Shown here: piece after piece, positions 19,102 through 30,334 of the stretch
Layout of the letters: the number at the start of each line of letters is the position of its first letter
Numbering within the stretch: the first letter of the stretch is position 1
Source: Clostridia bacterium
GTDB taxonomy: Bacteria; Bacillota; Clostridia; Oscillospirales; SIG627
Length of the DNA stretch: 64,000 nt
Assembly: GCA_017507325.1 (NCBI GenBank)
Contig: JAFWBD010000042.1
Coordinates: forward strand, 1,979-65,978
Direction of reading: 5' to 3'
Notes under the pieces: generated by a model
Seen by the model: the letters and a program-made list of their open reading frames with translations, nothing else
Told to the model about the DNA's origin: nothing
Databases searched by the model: none
Program-made: the position numbers and the translations under genes

Positions 19102-19944
19102 ATGGCTATTGCAAACTTTATTCCCGCTCTGTGGAGCGAAACCCTTTATTCCGAATTGGAAAAGGATTACGTGGGAGTTCGCCTTTGCTCCCGTGAATTT
19201 GAAGGCGAGATCAAGGGGGAGGGTGACCGTGTGAAGATCTGCGGCATCGGCCCCGTGACGGTATTCGATTACCGAAAGAACCAGAATATGCCCGCGGCAC
19301 AGACCCTGACCGATCAGCAGCGCACGCTGATCATCGATCAGATCAAGGGCTTTAACTTCTGTCTGGATTCCGTGGACGTGGCTCAGTCCAAGAAGACGCT
19401 GATGCAGGCCGCGATGAAGGAGGCCTCCAACGCCCTTTCCGACGTGGCGGACAAATACGTGTACTCTCTTTATGACAGCGCGGTCAAATCCGTCACCAAC
19501 GACTACGTAACGGAGAACAACATTCTGCACACCCTGGCGGATGCCCGCCGCATTCTGATGGAGCACAACGTGCCCAATTCCACCAGAATCTCTTTGGAGA
19601 TTCCCCCTGCCATCGAGCAGAAGCTGGTGCTCTCGAAGGTGATGAACGCCACCGATAACACCGAGGTGCTGGGGCGCGGCTATATCGGAACCTTTATGGG
19701 CTTTGATATTTACGTGACCAACAACATCACCCCCGATGAAAACGGATGCTACCGCTGTTTTGCCAGAACGGGCAGAGCCGTGGCCTTTGCCGAGCAGCTT
19801 TCCGCCGTGAAGGCCTACGAGCCCGAATTGCGCCACGGAGATGCGGTCAAGGGACTTCATCTGTACGGTGCCAAGATCATTTACCCCAATGAATTGGTCT
19901 ATTTGAATCTGACTCCCGCCACGGACGACGAGTCGGAGGAATAA
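19102..19944 (+). CDS. Phage major capsid protein, P22-coat-like family
   Basis: 280 aa. The N-terminus MAIANFIPALWSE… matches the conserved FIPE(L/V)WS start I recall for P22_CoatProtein-family capsid proteins. Position after the scaffold gene fits. Confidence 0.7.
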   Translation: MAIANFIPALWSETLYSELEKDYVGVRLCSREFEGEIKGEGDRVKICGIGPVTVFDYRKNQNMPAAQTLTDQQRTLIIDQIKGFNFCLDSVDVAQSKKTLMQAAMKEASNALSDVADKYVYSLYDSAVKSVTNDYVTENNILHTLADARRILMEHNVPNSTRISLEIPPAIEQKLVLSKVMNATDNTEVLGRGYIGTFMGFDIYVTNNITPDENGCYRCFARTGRAVAFAEQLSAVKAYEPELRHGDAVKGLHLYGAKIIYPNELVYLNLTPATDDESEE

Positions 19945-19968
19945 GACCGATCGGCAAAGGAGAGGAAA

Positions 19969-20352
19969 ATGACCACAGCACGTGAAATTTTTCAGAGAAG
20001 TCTTGCCCTTTTGGGGCAGGAACCGGGTGAAAATACGGAAGCCTTCGAAAGAAGAGCCCCGAGGATCCTGAACCTCCTTCTTGCCGAGCTGGTGGAGTTG
20101 GATTATTGGCTGAAGGGAGAAAAAATGCCCGATACCGTATCGGTCCCCTCGGTGGAGACGCTGGAGGATCCCTTGGAATTGGACGAGAGCATCGAATGGA
20201 TGCTTTTGCCCTTGGGTCTGGCGGCCCTTCTGATCCAGGAGGAGGAGGGAGCCCGCGGGAGCTTTTTCCTTCAGCTGTATGAAAACGAGCGTGAAACCCT
20301 GCGGCGACGCCGCCGCAGGGGCAGACGCCACAAAATTCTGCGAAGCTTTTAG
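19969..20352 (+). CDS. Small phage-module protein in the head-completion/adaptor position; function unknown
   Basis: 127 aa, acidic body with an arginine-rich tail (RRRRRRGRRHK). Position corresponds to gp4 in the P22 gene order. Confidence 0.4.
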   Translation: MTTAREIFQRSLALLGQEPGENTEAFERRAPRILNLLLAELVELDYWLKGEKMPDTVSVPSVETLEDPLELDESIEWMLLPLGLAALLIQEEEGARGSFFLQLYENERETLRRRRRRGRRHKILRSF

Positions 20353-20363
20353 GAGGAGATCGT

Positions 20364-22853
20364 ATGGCAAAGAATTTTACGTTTCGCATGGATCGCTTCG
20401 GCACGTATTGCCCCACCGAAAAGCGGGATCTGTATGCGGATCCCGCCAAAAGCCCCGATACCGTCAATTTTACCGTTTCCAAGGACGGCTTTTTGAAGAA
20501 GAGAGAGGGCTATTCGGTTTTGGCAAGGCCGAACGGAAAGATCCGCGCCATCGGGGTGGAAAATTTAGGCGGAAGGGAATATTTCCTTGCCGTGATCGCT
20601 TCTTCCTTATACGTTTCCGAGAGGGGCTTTGACAGTCTTCGGGCGGTATCGGGTACGGTGACGGGAGAGGGAAGGGTTCAGTTTTATTCCTTTTACGATG
20701 GGATCTATCTGATGACGGGGGAAGAGATTCTGTGCTTTAACGGAACGGATCTTGAGATCCTGACACCCCATGTCCCTTTGGTGATGATCTCTACAGACCC
20801 TTACGGGGAAGGAATTCTTTATGAGGAGCCCAATCTTTTGACCAACCGTGTGCGCCAAAGCTTTTCTCCCGATGGAGAGAGTCGGCATTTTTATCCCGTT
20901 CTGCCCGATATTCAATCGGTGGAATGGGTAAAGATCGGCGGAGAAACGGTTCCGACGGAGGAATACTACTGGGACGGAATGAACGGCTGTCTGGTATTTT
21001 TAACGGAGCCCGATCCCGGGACGGATACCATGGAGGTGCAAATGATACGCCGAGACAAGGCCGCACCGGATCGCATTCAAAAATGCCGTTTTGCTTGCTT
21101 TTTCGGGGGAGCCAACGATACCCGAGCCTTTTTATACGGCAATCCCGATACCCCCGCCATCCGCTATCACAGCGGGATGGTGGAGGGAAAGCCCGCCATG
21201 AATTACTTTCCCGAGACCGCCTATTCCTTGGTGGGGGGCGGAAGTACCGTTACGGCTGTGCTCCGTCACTACGACCGTCAGCTGATCTTTACGGAGAACG
21301 CCGCCTATTATTCCTACCTGGAATACTTAACGGGAGAAAACGGAAAGCTGATCGCCGCCTTTCCCGTTTTGCCCCTTTCGGACGATCGGGGGAACGTGCC
21401 CGAGGGGCAGGCGATCCTGGCAGAGAATACCCCTTATACCTTATCGGAAACGGGGCTTTACCGCTGGGTTTCCACCAGCATCCGCGATGAGAGAAACGCT
21501 CGCTGCGTTTCGGATCCCATTGCGAAGGCTCTGCAGAAGGAAAACTGCAGGGAGGCGATCTTGTTTTACCGCAAGGCGGAATCGGAGCTTTTGATCTCCT
21601 TCGGAACCACCCTCTACGTGTACCGCGAGCGGCAGGATCTGTTTTGCCGCTACGAGGTGCCGGATCTTTGCGGATTTGCCGAATGGGAAAACAAGCTGTA
21701 TTTCTTCACCGACAGCAGCATCTGTTTGGTGGGAGGGGAGAGCGATGCGGGAGCGGCTGTTTCGGCCCACTGGGAATCGGGGCTGATGGATTTCGGCTCT
21801 GCGGCCGCAAGCAAAAACCTCTTTTGGCTGAATCTTTTGGGGGAGAGCGAGGAGGATATGGCGGTGAAGATCACCCTTTTGGATGAAAAGGACACCGTGC
21901 GGGCGGAAAAAAGCATCCTCCTAAAGGGCGGAGTGCATTTTTCATCTGCTGCTTTGCGCCTTCCTCTCAGAAGGATTCGCCTTTTGAGGCTTCGTTGGAG
22001 CTTTCCTCCAAGGCCGCCCTCAGCATACGGGAGATCCGAGCCGAGGGACGGATCACGGATAAAAAGGAGTAAAAAAATGGCTATGAAGAATATAACGCAA
22101 AATCTCTTGAAGCGCTTGGAGGAGGGGACGGCGGAGATCTATTCCCGCTACCGCTCCCGCTTGAAGGAGACGCAAAAAAAGTACGACGTCGCACTGGAGG
22201 AATTGGAAGACGATCACCGCAGGGCGATGAACGCCGCATCGGCACAAGGGAAAATCGAAAGAAAGAATACCTTGGAAAAAATGGCGGATGCGGGATACGT
22301 GGGCGGCGGTGAAACGGTGCAGGTAAGCCTTGCCGCCGGTGCCGCCCGTGCCGCCGATCTGCGGGCTCTATCGGGTCAGCAGGCAAAAAATGCGGCACAA
22401 TTACAGGTGGAGAAGATCCGCGAGGAGCAGGATCTTTTGGAGACGGCCGACCGCGAGGCGGCTGAGCTGAAGGGAGACACCCTTTCGGCGATCCGCGAGC
22501 AGGAGAATCTGGATCGGGAATTCGAGGCGGAGGAGAATCAGCGGAAATTTGAAAACGATTTGGCCCTGAAGGAATGGGAATGGAAGAAAAGCGAAGCCGC
22601 TTCGGCCGAAAAAGAAAAGAACCCCACCAAGCAGGAGGAGGGGCTGGTTCCGAAAATCGAGCCTTACGCTTATCTGGAGGCGATTGTGGAGAAAAACACC
22701 GTTTACTATCCTCAGAAGGGCTATAAAACCCTGGATCGCCGCGGAATTTTGCAGGCCATCAACGATATTGTGCGGGATACCAACGTTTCCCGCAGCTATC
22801 GGTACGAATTGTATTTGTATGCCAAGAGTATGGGATATCTGAATATCGAATGA
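20364..22853 (+). CDS. Large phage-type structural ORF (829 aa as written). It is probably two genes fused by a 1-nt frameshift: a ~569-aa beta-rich protein (20364-~22072) and a 258-aa coiled-coil protein (22077-22853).
   Basis: Residues encoded at ~21955-22075 are R-rich junk in frame 0. The -1 frame there reads …SSQKDSPFEASLELSSKAALSIREIRAEGRITDKKE-TAA (stop 22070-22072), followed by AAAAAGGAG…ATG at 22077. Confidence 0.5.
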   Translation: MAKNFTFRMDRFGTYCPTEKRDLYADPAKSPDTVNFTVSKDGFLKKREGYSVLARPNGKIRAIGVENLGGREYFLAVIASSLYVSERGFDSLRAVSGTVTGEGRVQFYSFYDGIYLMTGEEILCFNGTDLEILTPHVPLVMISTDPYGEGILYEEPNLLTNRVRQSFSPDGESRHFYPVLPDIQSVEWVKIGGETVPTEEYYWDGMNGCLVFLTEPDPGTDTMEVQMIRRDKAAPDRIQKCRFACFFGGANDTRAFLYGNPDTPAIRYHSGMVEGKPAMNYFPETAYSLVGGGSTVTAVLRHYDRQLIFTENAAYYSYLEYLTGENGKLIAAFPVLPLSDDRGNVPEGQAILAENTPYTLSETGLYRWVSTSIRDERNARCVSDPIAKALQKENCREAILFYRKAESELLISFGTTLYVYRERQDLFCRYEVPDLCGFAEWENKLYFFTDSSICLVGGESDAGAAVSAHWESGLMDFGSAAASKNLFWLNLLGESEEDMAVKITLLDEKDTVRAEKSILLKGGVHFSSAALRLPLRRIRLLRLRWSFPPRPPSAYGRSEPRDGSRIKRSKKMAMKNITQNLLKRLEEGTAEIYSRYRSRLKETQKKYDVALEELEDDHRRAMNAASAQGKIERKNTLEKMADAGYVGGGETVQVSLAAGAARAADLRALSGQQAKNAAQLQVEKIREEQDLLETADREAAELKGDTLSAIREQENLDREFEAEENQRKFENDLALKEWEWKKSEAASAEKEKNPTKQEEGLVPKIEPYAYLEAIVEKNTVYYPQKGYKTLDRRGILQAINDIVRDTNVSRSYRYELYLYAKSMGYLNIE

Positions 22854-22877
22854 TTTTTTCGGCTCTGCAAGACGGTA

Positions 22878-22906
22878 TTGCCATTTGAAAGAAAAAATGA
22901 TATAAT
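22878..22906 (+). promoter_or_regulatory. Sigma-A-type promoter of the rnfC/D-like pair
   Basis: TTGCCA-17 nt-TATAAT. Confidence 0.6.
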
Positions 22907-22934
22907 ACTGTCATTAAATAAGGGAGGTCGCCTT

Positions 22935-24266
22935 GTGGGGAGCTTCAAAAGAGGAATCGAAACGGAATACGTCGGTGCTGCCAAAAATGCGGGCATAGAA
23001 AAAATGCCCGCCACCGGCTACGTGGTTTTGCCCTTTGATAGGCCCAATGGGCAGGAGTCGTTATGCGTGGCGGCGGGAAGCCGCGTCAAAAAAGGCGAAT
23101 TGCTGGTGCGGGGTGATCTTTTGCACGAGCCCGTTTTTTCATCGGTATCGGGAAGCGTGGTTTCCGTGGGAGAGGTGATGACCCTGCGCGGTAAGGCGCA
23201 GGCTGTGACGGTGGAAAACGATTTCAAGGAGGAATGGCACCCCTCGGTACAGCCCTTTTCCAAGCCCTTGCTTCGGGCCGCTCCCGAGGAGATTCGGGAA
23301 TTTTTGAAGAATAAGGGAATCGAAAATTTGGACGGTGAGGGGCTTTCTCTGGAACGAAAGCTTTCCTTGGCCGCGGGCAAGGCAAAAGAAGTCATCGTGA
23401 ACTGCCTGGAATGCGAGCCGTACCTTCACGGGGTTCACAGCCTTCTGATCCATGAAGCCGCTGCCGTGGCGGGCGGCGCCCGTATTCTGGCGGCGGCCCT
23501 GGGCGTCAAGAGGATCTCATTTGTGATGGATCTGAAGCGGAGAGACGAGGCGGTTTCCCTTCGGAATCAGCTGAAAGGGAAAAACCTTTCGGCGCGCTTC
23601 CGATTTCTTTCGGCCAAATACCCTCAGCAGGAGGAGCGGCAGATGATCCTGGCGGTCAAGCATCGGGAGATTCCCTTATCGGTTGCTCCCGAGCGCTTGG
23701 GAATTGCATCGTTTGGGGTCCATACGGTGTATGCGGTGTATCAGGCCTTTGTGACGGGGATGCCGCAGGTGGAGCGTGTGGTGACGGTAGAGGGAGACTG
23801 TGTTTTGCAGCCCTCCAATCTGAGGGTTCCCTTGGGAGCGCCTCTTTCGGAGCTGATCTCCCGTTGCGGCGGATTTTCCACCTCTCCGGGAAGAGTGCTC
23901 ATCGGCGGGCCCTTTTCGGGAAAAGAAGAAAAGAATTTGCAAATTCCCGTAACGGGAGAGATCAAGGCGATTCTTGCCTTTGCCGAGAAGGAAACGGAGA
24001 CGGCGGCAAGCTGTGTTCGTTGCGGGCGCTGTGCCTTGGTTTGCCCCCAAAGGCTGACCCCCACCTCTCTGGCCCGTCTGTACCGCAAAAACAAGATCGG
24101 AGGGCGGGATCGGAGATTTCTTTCGGATTGCAGAGAATGCGGATGCTGCTCTGCGGTCTGCCCGGTGAAGATCCCGCTTTTAAAGAGGATCCGCGCGGGC
24201 AAGGAAGCATTTTCGGAAAAGAAATATGAATCGGAAAGAGAGAAGCGTAATGGAAACCCGACTTAG
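22935..24266 (+). CDS. RnfC-like iron-sulfur protein (RnfC_N barrel, degenerate NuoF-like nucleotide loop, two 4Fe-4S motifs)
   Basis: GTG 22935 follows an AGGGAGG RBS by 7 nt. Motifs include …VNCLECEPYL…, CVRCGRCALVCP and CRECGCCSAVCP. The canonical GxGGAGFP loop reads NLDGEGLS. Confidence 0.75.
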   Translation: MGSFKRGIETEYVGAAKNAGIEKMPATGYVVLPFDRPNGQESLCVAAGSRVKKGELLVRGDLLHEPVFSSVSGSVVSVGEVMTLRGKAQAVTVENDFKEEWHPSVQPFSKPLLRAAPEEIREFLKNKGIENLDGEGLSLERKLSLAAGKAKEVIVNCLECEPYLHGVHSLLIHEAAAVAGGARILAAALGVKRISFVMDLKRRDEAVSLRNQLKGKNLSARFRFLSAKYPQQEERQMILAVKHREIPLSVAPERLGIASFGVHTVYAVYQAFVTGMPQVERVVTVEGDCVLQPSNLRVPLGAPLSELISRCGGFSTSPGRVLIGGPFSGKEEKNLQIPVTGEIKAILAFAEKETETAASCVRCGRCALVCPQRLTPTSLARLYRKNKIGGRDRRFLSDCRECGCCSAVCPVKIPLLKRIRAGKEAFSEKKYESEREKRNGNPT

Positions 24267-25296
24267 GACAGCACCGGAGCCCTTGGCGGAGCAAGAGGTT
24301 TGCTCCTGGATGAAGGACGCCTTGATCGCGACGGTGCCCGCTTTTTTGTGGGCGAGCTATTTATTCGGTTTGAGGGTGCTCGTGCTTTTGGCGGTCTCTG
24401 TTTTTTCGGCACTGTTTTTGGATGCTCTGATGGGGCGGCTCCTTCGACGGCAGACGGCCGCATCGCTTTCCGCGGCGGCGGTAACGGGCGCGATTTTTAC
24501 GCTGCTTCTTCCCGTTACGTTCCCTTTGTATCTGGTGCCCCTTGGAATTTTTGTGGCCATTGTGCCCATCAAGCATTTGTTCGGCGGTTTGGGAAGAAAT
24601 ATTCTCAATCCCGCGCTTTCTGCCTGGGCGGTGCTGTATGTGCTCTATCCCGAGCATTTGAATGCCTTCACCCGTCCGCATTACAATCCGGGTGTGTTTC
24701 GCATTTGGTTTTCCTCGGAGGAATTGGAGGGCTATCGGGAGCTGTCTCCCTTGGAGGCCTTGGAGAGCGGGGGAGAGCCCTTGGGACTTGTTGCCCTTCT
24801 GAAGGGGGATTTTGCGGGAGCCGTTGGAGAATGCGCGGGGCTTTTGCTTCTGGTGGGGGGACTGTATCTTTTGGTAAAATCGGTGATCTCCTGCCACGTT
24901 CCGTTCTGGTATCTGATGACGACGGGGCTCGGGCTGTATCTGTTTTGTCCCGATCCCGAAGCGGGGCGCTTCCTTTTTATGCTGAACGGAATGCTGACGG
25001 GCAATTTGATTCTTGGTGCCTTTTTTATGGCAACGGACTGTGTGACCTCACCCTTGACGGTGCGGGGCAGAGCCTTTTTCGGGATCTTGCTGGGGGTATT
25101 AACGGTAGCTCTTCGCCTGCGGGGGGCCTCTCACGCGGCGGTTCCTCTGGCGATCCTGTTCGGGAATCTGACGGTGCGGCTGATCGACCGCATTTTGACG
25201 CCTACACCCTTCGGACGCAAAAAGATTTCGCTTTTGTGGATCGCGCTTCAAAAAAGGATCGGCGAGTGGCGGGTCACAAGAAAAAAACAGCCGTAA
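24226..25296 (+). CDS. RnfD/NqrB-family membrane protein
   Basis: Polytopic membrane protein with …HLFGGLGRNILNPAL… and …FFMATDCVTSPLT…. Start is ambiguous (24226 or 24250), and both overlap the rnfC-like stop. Confidence 0.8.
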   Translation: MNRKERSVMETRLRTAPEPLAEQEVCSWMKDALIATVPAFLWASYLFGLRVLVLLAVSVFSALFLDALMGRLLRRQTAASLSAAAVTGAIFTLLLPVTFPLYLVPLGIFVAIVPIKHLFGGLGRNILNPALSAWAVLYVLYPEHLNAFTRPHYNPGVFRIWFSSEELEGYRELSPLEALESGGEPLGLVALLKGDFAGAVGECAGLLLLVGGLYLLVKSVISCHVPFWYLMTTGLGLYLFCPDPEAGRFLFMLNGMLTGNLILGAFFMATDCVTSPLTVRGRAFFGILLGVLTVALRLRGASHAAVPLAILFGNLTVRLIDRILTPTPFGRKKISLLWIALQKRIGEWRVTRKKQP

Positions 25297-25320
25297 CGGC
25301 AAGTGAAAACGGAAAACCGA

Positions 25321-25358
25321 CCGATGCTTCGATGAGGCATGGGTCGGTTTTTTTGAGA
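25321..25358 (+). terminator. Rho-independent terminator after the rnfD-like gene
   Basis: Stem ccgaccgatgc/gcatgggtcgg (one mismatch) followed by T7. Confidence 0.6.
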
Positions 25359-25364
25359 ATTTTC

Positions 25365-26507
25365 TTATTTAAAGAGATTTTTCAATTTGTCGGCAAAGGA
25401 TTTTTTGCGATCCATATTGACGTTGTTGCAGCTGTCGTCAAACTGACGGAGCAGATCACGCTGAGTGGAGGAGAGGTTTTTCGGAACCTCCACCTGAACG
25501 GTGAAATACAGATTGCCCCGACGGTTGGTGCGGATCACGGTGATGCCGCGACCCTTGAGGGTAAACTGCGTTCCGGTTTGGGTTCCCTCGGGAATGCGGA
25601 AGCTTTCCTTTCCCTCCAGCGTGGGGATCTGAATCTCCCCGCCCAAGGCCGCTTCCGCAAAGGAAATGGGTACCTCGCAGAAAATGTCGTAGCCGCGACG
25701 CTGGAAAACGGGATGGGGACGAATGTTGATCTCCACCACCAGATCACCGTTTTCACCGCCTCCTCTGCCTGCATTTCCCTGCCCGCGCAGAAGAATGCGC
25801 TCACCCTCGTTGATGCCTGCGGGAATGGTAGCGTCAAACTTTTTGCTTTTCCGCTCCACGCCCTGCCCGCGGCAGTTTTTACAGGGGGTTTTGATGATCT
25901 TTCCGCTTCCGCCGCAAACGTCGCAGGGGCGGGTGCTTTGCATCATCCCCAGCATAGTCCTTTGCTGAAAACGGATCTGACCGCTGCCTCCGCAACGAGA
26001 GCAGGTTTCTGCCTTGGTGCCGGGCTCGGCTCCCGATCCGGAGCAGGCGGAGCAGGTTTCCGTTCTCGGAAACTGAATGGTCTTCTGACAGCCAAAGGCC
26101 GCTTCTTCAAAGGATATGACGATTCGGGTGAGAATATCGTCTCCCCGAATGGCACTGCTTCGCCTCGTGGAGGTGGTGCCGCCGAAAAAGGAGGAGAAAA
26201 TATCTCCCATATCAAAATCCATTCCGCCAAAGCCGCCGAAGCCGCCAAAACCGCTGTTCTGACCTGCTCCGTAGTTGGGATCGACGCCGGCGTGGCCGAA
26301 TTGGTCATAGCGCATCTTTTTATCGGAATCGGACAAAACGGAATAGGCCTCGTTGACCTCTTTGAATTTGACCTCGGCCTCCTGATCGCCCGGATTCATA
26401 TCCGGATGATATTTTTTGGCCAGCTTGCGGTAGGCTTTTTTGATCTCGTCATCCCCCGCGCCCTTGGAAAGGCCCAGTACCTCGTAATAATCGCGCTTGT
26501 CTGCCAT
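25365..26507 (-). CDS. dnaJ: Molecular chaperone DnaJ
   Basis: J-domain (DYYEVLGL…HPD), G/F-rich linker and four CxxCxGxG zinc-finger repeats. Confidence 0.95.
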   Translation of the reverse strand: MADKRDYYEVLGLSKGAGDDEIKKAYRKLAKKYHPDMNPGDQEAEVKFKEVNEAYSVLSDSDKKMRYDQFGHAGVDPNYGAGQNSGFGGFGGFGGMDFDMGDIFSSFFGGTTSTRRSSAIRGDDILTRIVISFEEAAFGCQKTIQFPRTETCSACSGSGAEPGTKAETCSRCGGSGQIRFQQRTMLGMMQSTRPCDVCGGSGKIIKTPCKNCRGQGVERKSKKFDATIPAGINEGERILLRGQGNAGRGGGENGDLVVEINIRPHPVFQRRGYDIFCEVPISFAEAALGGEIQIPTLEGKESFRIPEGTQTGTQFTLKGRGITVIRTNRRGNLYFTVQVEVPKNLSSTQRDLLRQFDDSCNNVNMDRKKSFADKLKNLFK

Positions 26508-26536
26508 GAATATGTTCCTTATCGTTCAATGTGATT

Positions 26537-26563
26537 CCCCCAAGCCGCACGGCGGCTTGGGGG
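26537..26563 (-). other. Intercistronic stem-loop between dnaK and dnaJ
   Basis: Perfect 12-bp stem cccccaagccgc/gcggcttggggg with a 3-nt loop and no U-tract. Probably an mRNA-stability or partial-termination element. Confidence 0.5.
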
Positions 26564-26571
26564 AGAGGGGT

Positions 26572-29066
<2,495 letters not shown>

Positions 29067-29067
29067 A

Positions 29068-30117
29068 TCATTTTTCCTTTGTTTCAATCAGAGGTAATTG
29101 CGGTTCAAACCGATGGGTGGAATGGATCTTCTTTGCCAGATACTGCAGCCTTGCCACGGCCATGCCGTAATTCATTCGCTTCGGGCCGATGATGCACACC
29201 GATCCCTTCAGCCCCATTCCCAAAAGGAAGGGACAGATCACGAAGCTTGCACTGTCAAGACCGCTCTCTCCCGAGGCGATGCGTACCCGAAGAGAGGTGG
29301 AAAATTCCTGGCGGAAGCGGTCGATGAGAGCCTCCTCGTTTTCCAATTCCCGAAAGATCTCCACGGCGGTCGCAGGGTCGGAAAATTCGGGGTGGGTCAG
29401 AAGATTGGACAGCCCCTTGACGGTCACGCTGTCCCGCCCGAACTGCGCGATGACGCTGTAAATGATTCGGATCAGGGGGGCGATCAAGCTACGGTATTCG
29501 CCCAGGTCCTTTTCCATGGCAACCATTCGCTCCAGCGTGATGCCGCCCAATTCCTTCTTGGCCAAATGGTCGTTGAGAACCCCCACGATAAAGCGGACGC
29601 TTTCGGGGGAAAGGGGAATGTTGACGTGCAGCTGCTTGGGAATGGCCTTTCCGGAGGAGGTGATCATTACCAGAAGAAAGGTGCTGTTGCCTACGTATAC
29701 GCCGTCGAAGCGCTCAATGGTGCCACAGCTTTCCTGCGTAAAGACCGCCACGGCGTAGCCCGTCATCTTGGCCAAAAGGCTTGCCATATCGGAAACGATC
29801 TGTTCACCGGTTTTGACCTTGTCCGCCAAAAGGGAGTTGAGAAGCACCGTTTCCTCAAAGGAGAGGCGGTAATCCTCCATCAGGGAATCCACGTACAGAC
29901 GGTAGCCCCGCGCGGTGGGGATGCGGCCCGCCGAGGTGTGGGGGTGCTCCAAAAGGCCGAGCTTTTCCAGATCGTTCATCTCGTTGCGGATGGTGGCCGA
30001 GGAGCAGGGAGTGCGAAGCCTCGACATCAAGATCTTGGAGCCCACGGGCTCACCCGTGGTAATGAAAAGGTTGATCACTTCCTTGAGGATCTCTTTTTTG
30101 CGGGAGCTCAAATCCAT
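29068..30117 (-). CDS. hrcA: Heat-inducible transcription repressor HrcA
   Basis: First gene of the hrcA-grpE-dnaK-dnaJ operon. N-terminal wHTH …RKKEILKEVINLFITTGEPVGSK…, with a CIRCE operator immediately upstream. Confidence 0.9.
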   Translation of the reverse strand: MDLSSRKKEILKEVINLFITTGEPVGSKILMSRLRTPCSSATIRNEMNDLEKLGLLEHPHTSAGRIPTARGYRLYVDSLMEDYRLSFEETVLLNSLLADKVKTGEQIVSDMASLLAKMTGYAVAVFTQESCGTIERFDGVYVGNSTFLLVMITSSGKAIPKQLHVNIPLSPESVRFIVGVLNDHLAKKELGGITLERMVAMEKDLGEYRSLIAPLIRIIYSVIAQFGRDSVTVKGLSNLLTHPEFSDPATAVEIFRELENEEALIDRFRQEFSTSLRVRIASGESGLDSASFVICPFLLGMGLKGSVCIIGPKRMNYGMAVARLQYLAKKIHSTHRFEPQLPLIETKEK

Positions 30118-30136
30118 TTTCTTCACCACCTCACAT

Positions 30137-30163
30137 TTAGCACTCTTAACGGGTGAGTGCTAA
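30137..30163 (-). promoter_or_regulatory. CIRCE operator (HrcA binding site)
   Basis: Perfect consensus TTAGCACTC-N9-GAGTGCTAA. Confidence 0.95.
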
Positions 30164-30175
30164 CCCCTTGCTCAT

Positions 30176-30204
30176 ACTTTATCACGAATGGAAGAGATTG
30201 TCAA
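30176..30204 (-). promoter_or_regulatory. Sigma-A promoter of the hrcA operon
   Basis: Minus strand reads TTGACA-17 nt-TAAAGT, directly upstream of CIRCE. Confidence 0.7.
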
Positions 30205-30334
30205 GCCCCTCACAAAAAGTTAACAAATCTTTCTTTGGTTATGATTCCCTTTTTCTTCCTTTTTATCACGAAACGGGGCCGTTTTTTTCTTTTTTTCGGA
30301 TGATGCGGGTATAATAGAAATCGGGAGGAAGAAA

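Noticed and set aside
16873-22934. Interpretation as an ordinary integrated prophage or recently inserted island
   Set aside because: I saw no integrase, repressor, replication, lysis or tail-fibre genes, no flanking tRNA or direct repeats, and no compositional break noticeable by eye. The terminase genes lie 12-14 kb away among housekeeping genes.
22935-25296. Annotation as a functional Rnf complex
   Set aside because: Only the C and D subunits are present. The operon is closed by a terminator and the convergent dnaJ gene. The RnfC-like nucleotide loop is degenerate.
24300-26534. 744-aa ORF on the + strand, the longest in this part of the track
   Set aside because: It runs out of frame through the rnfD-like gene and then antisense through dnaJ. 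Its composition is G/A/R-rich and it has no motifs. The dnaJ and rnfD-like genes explain the region.
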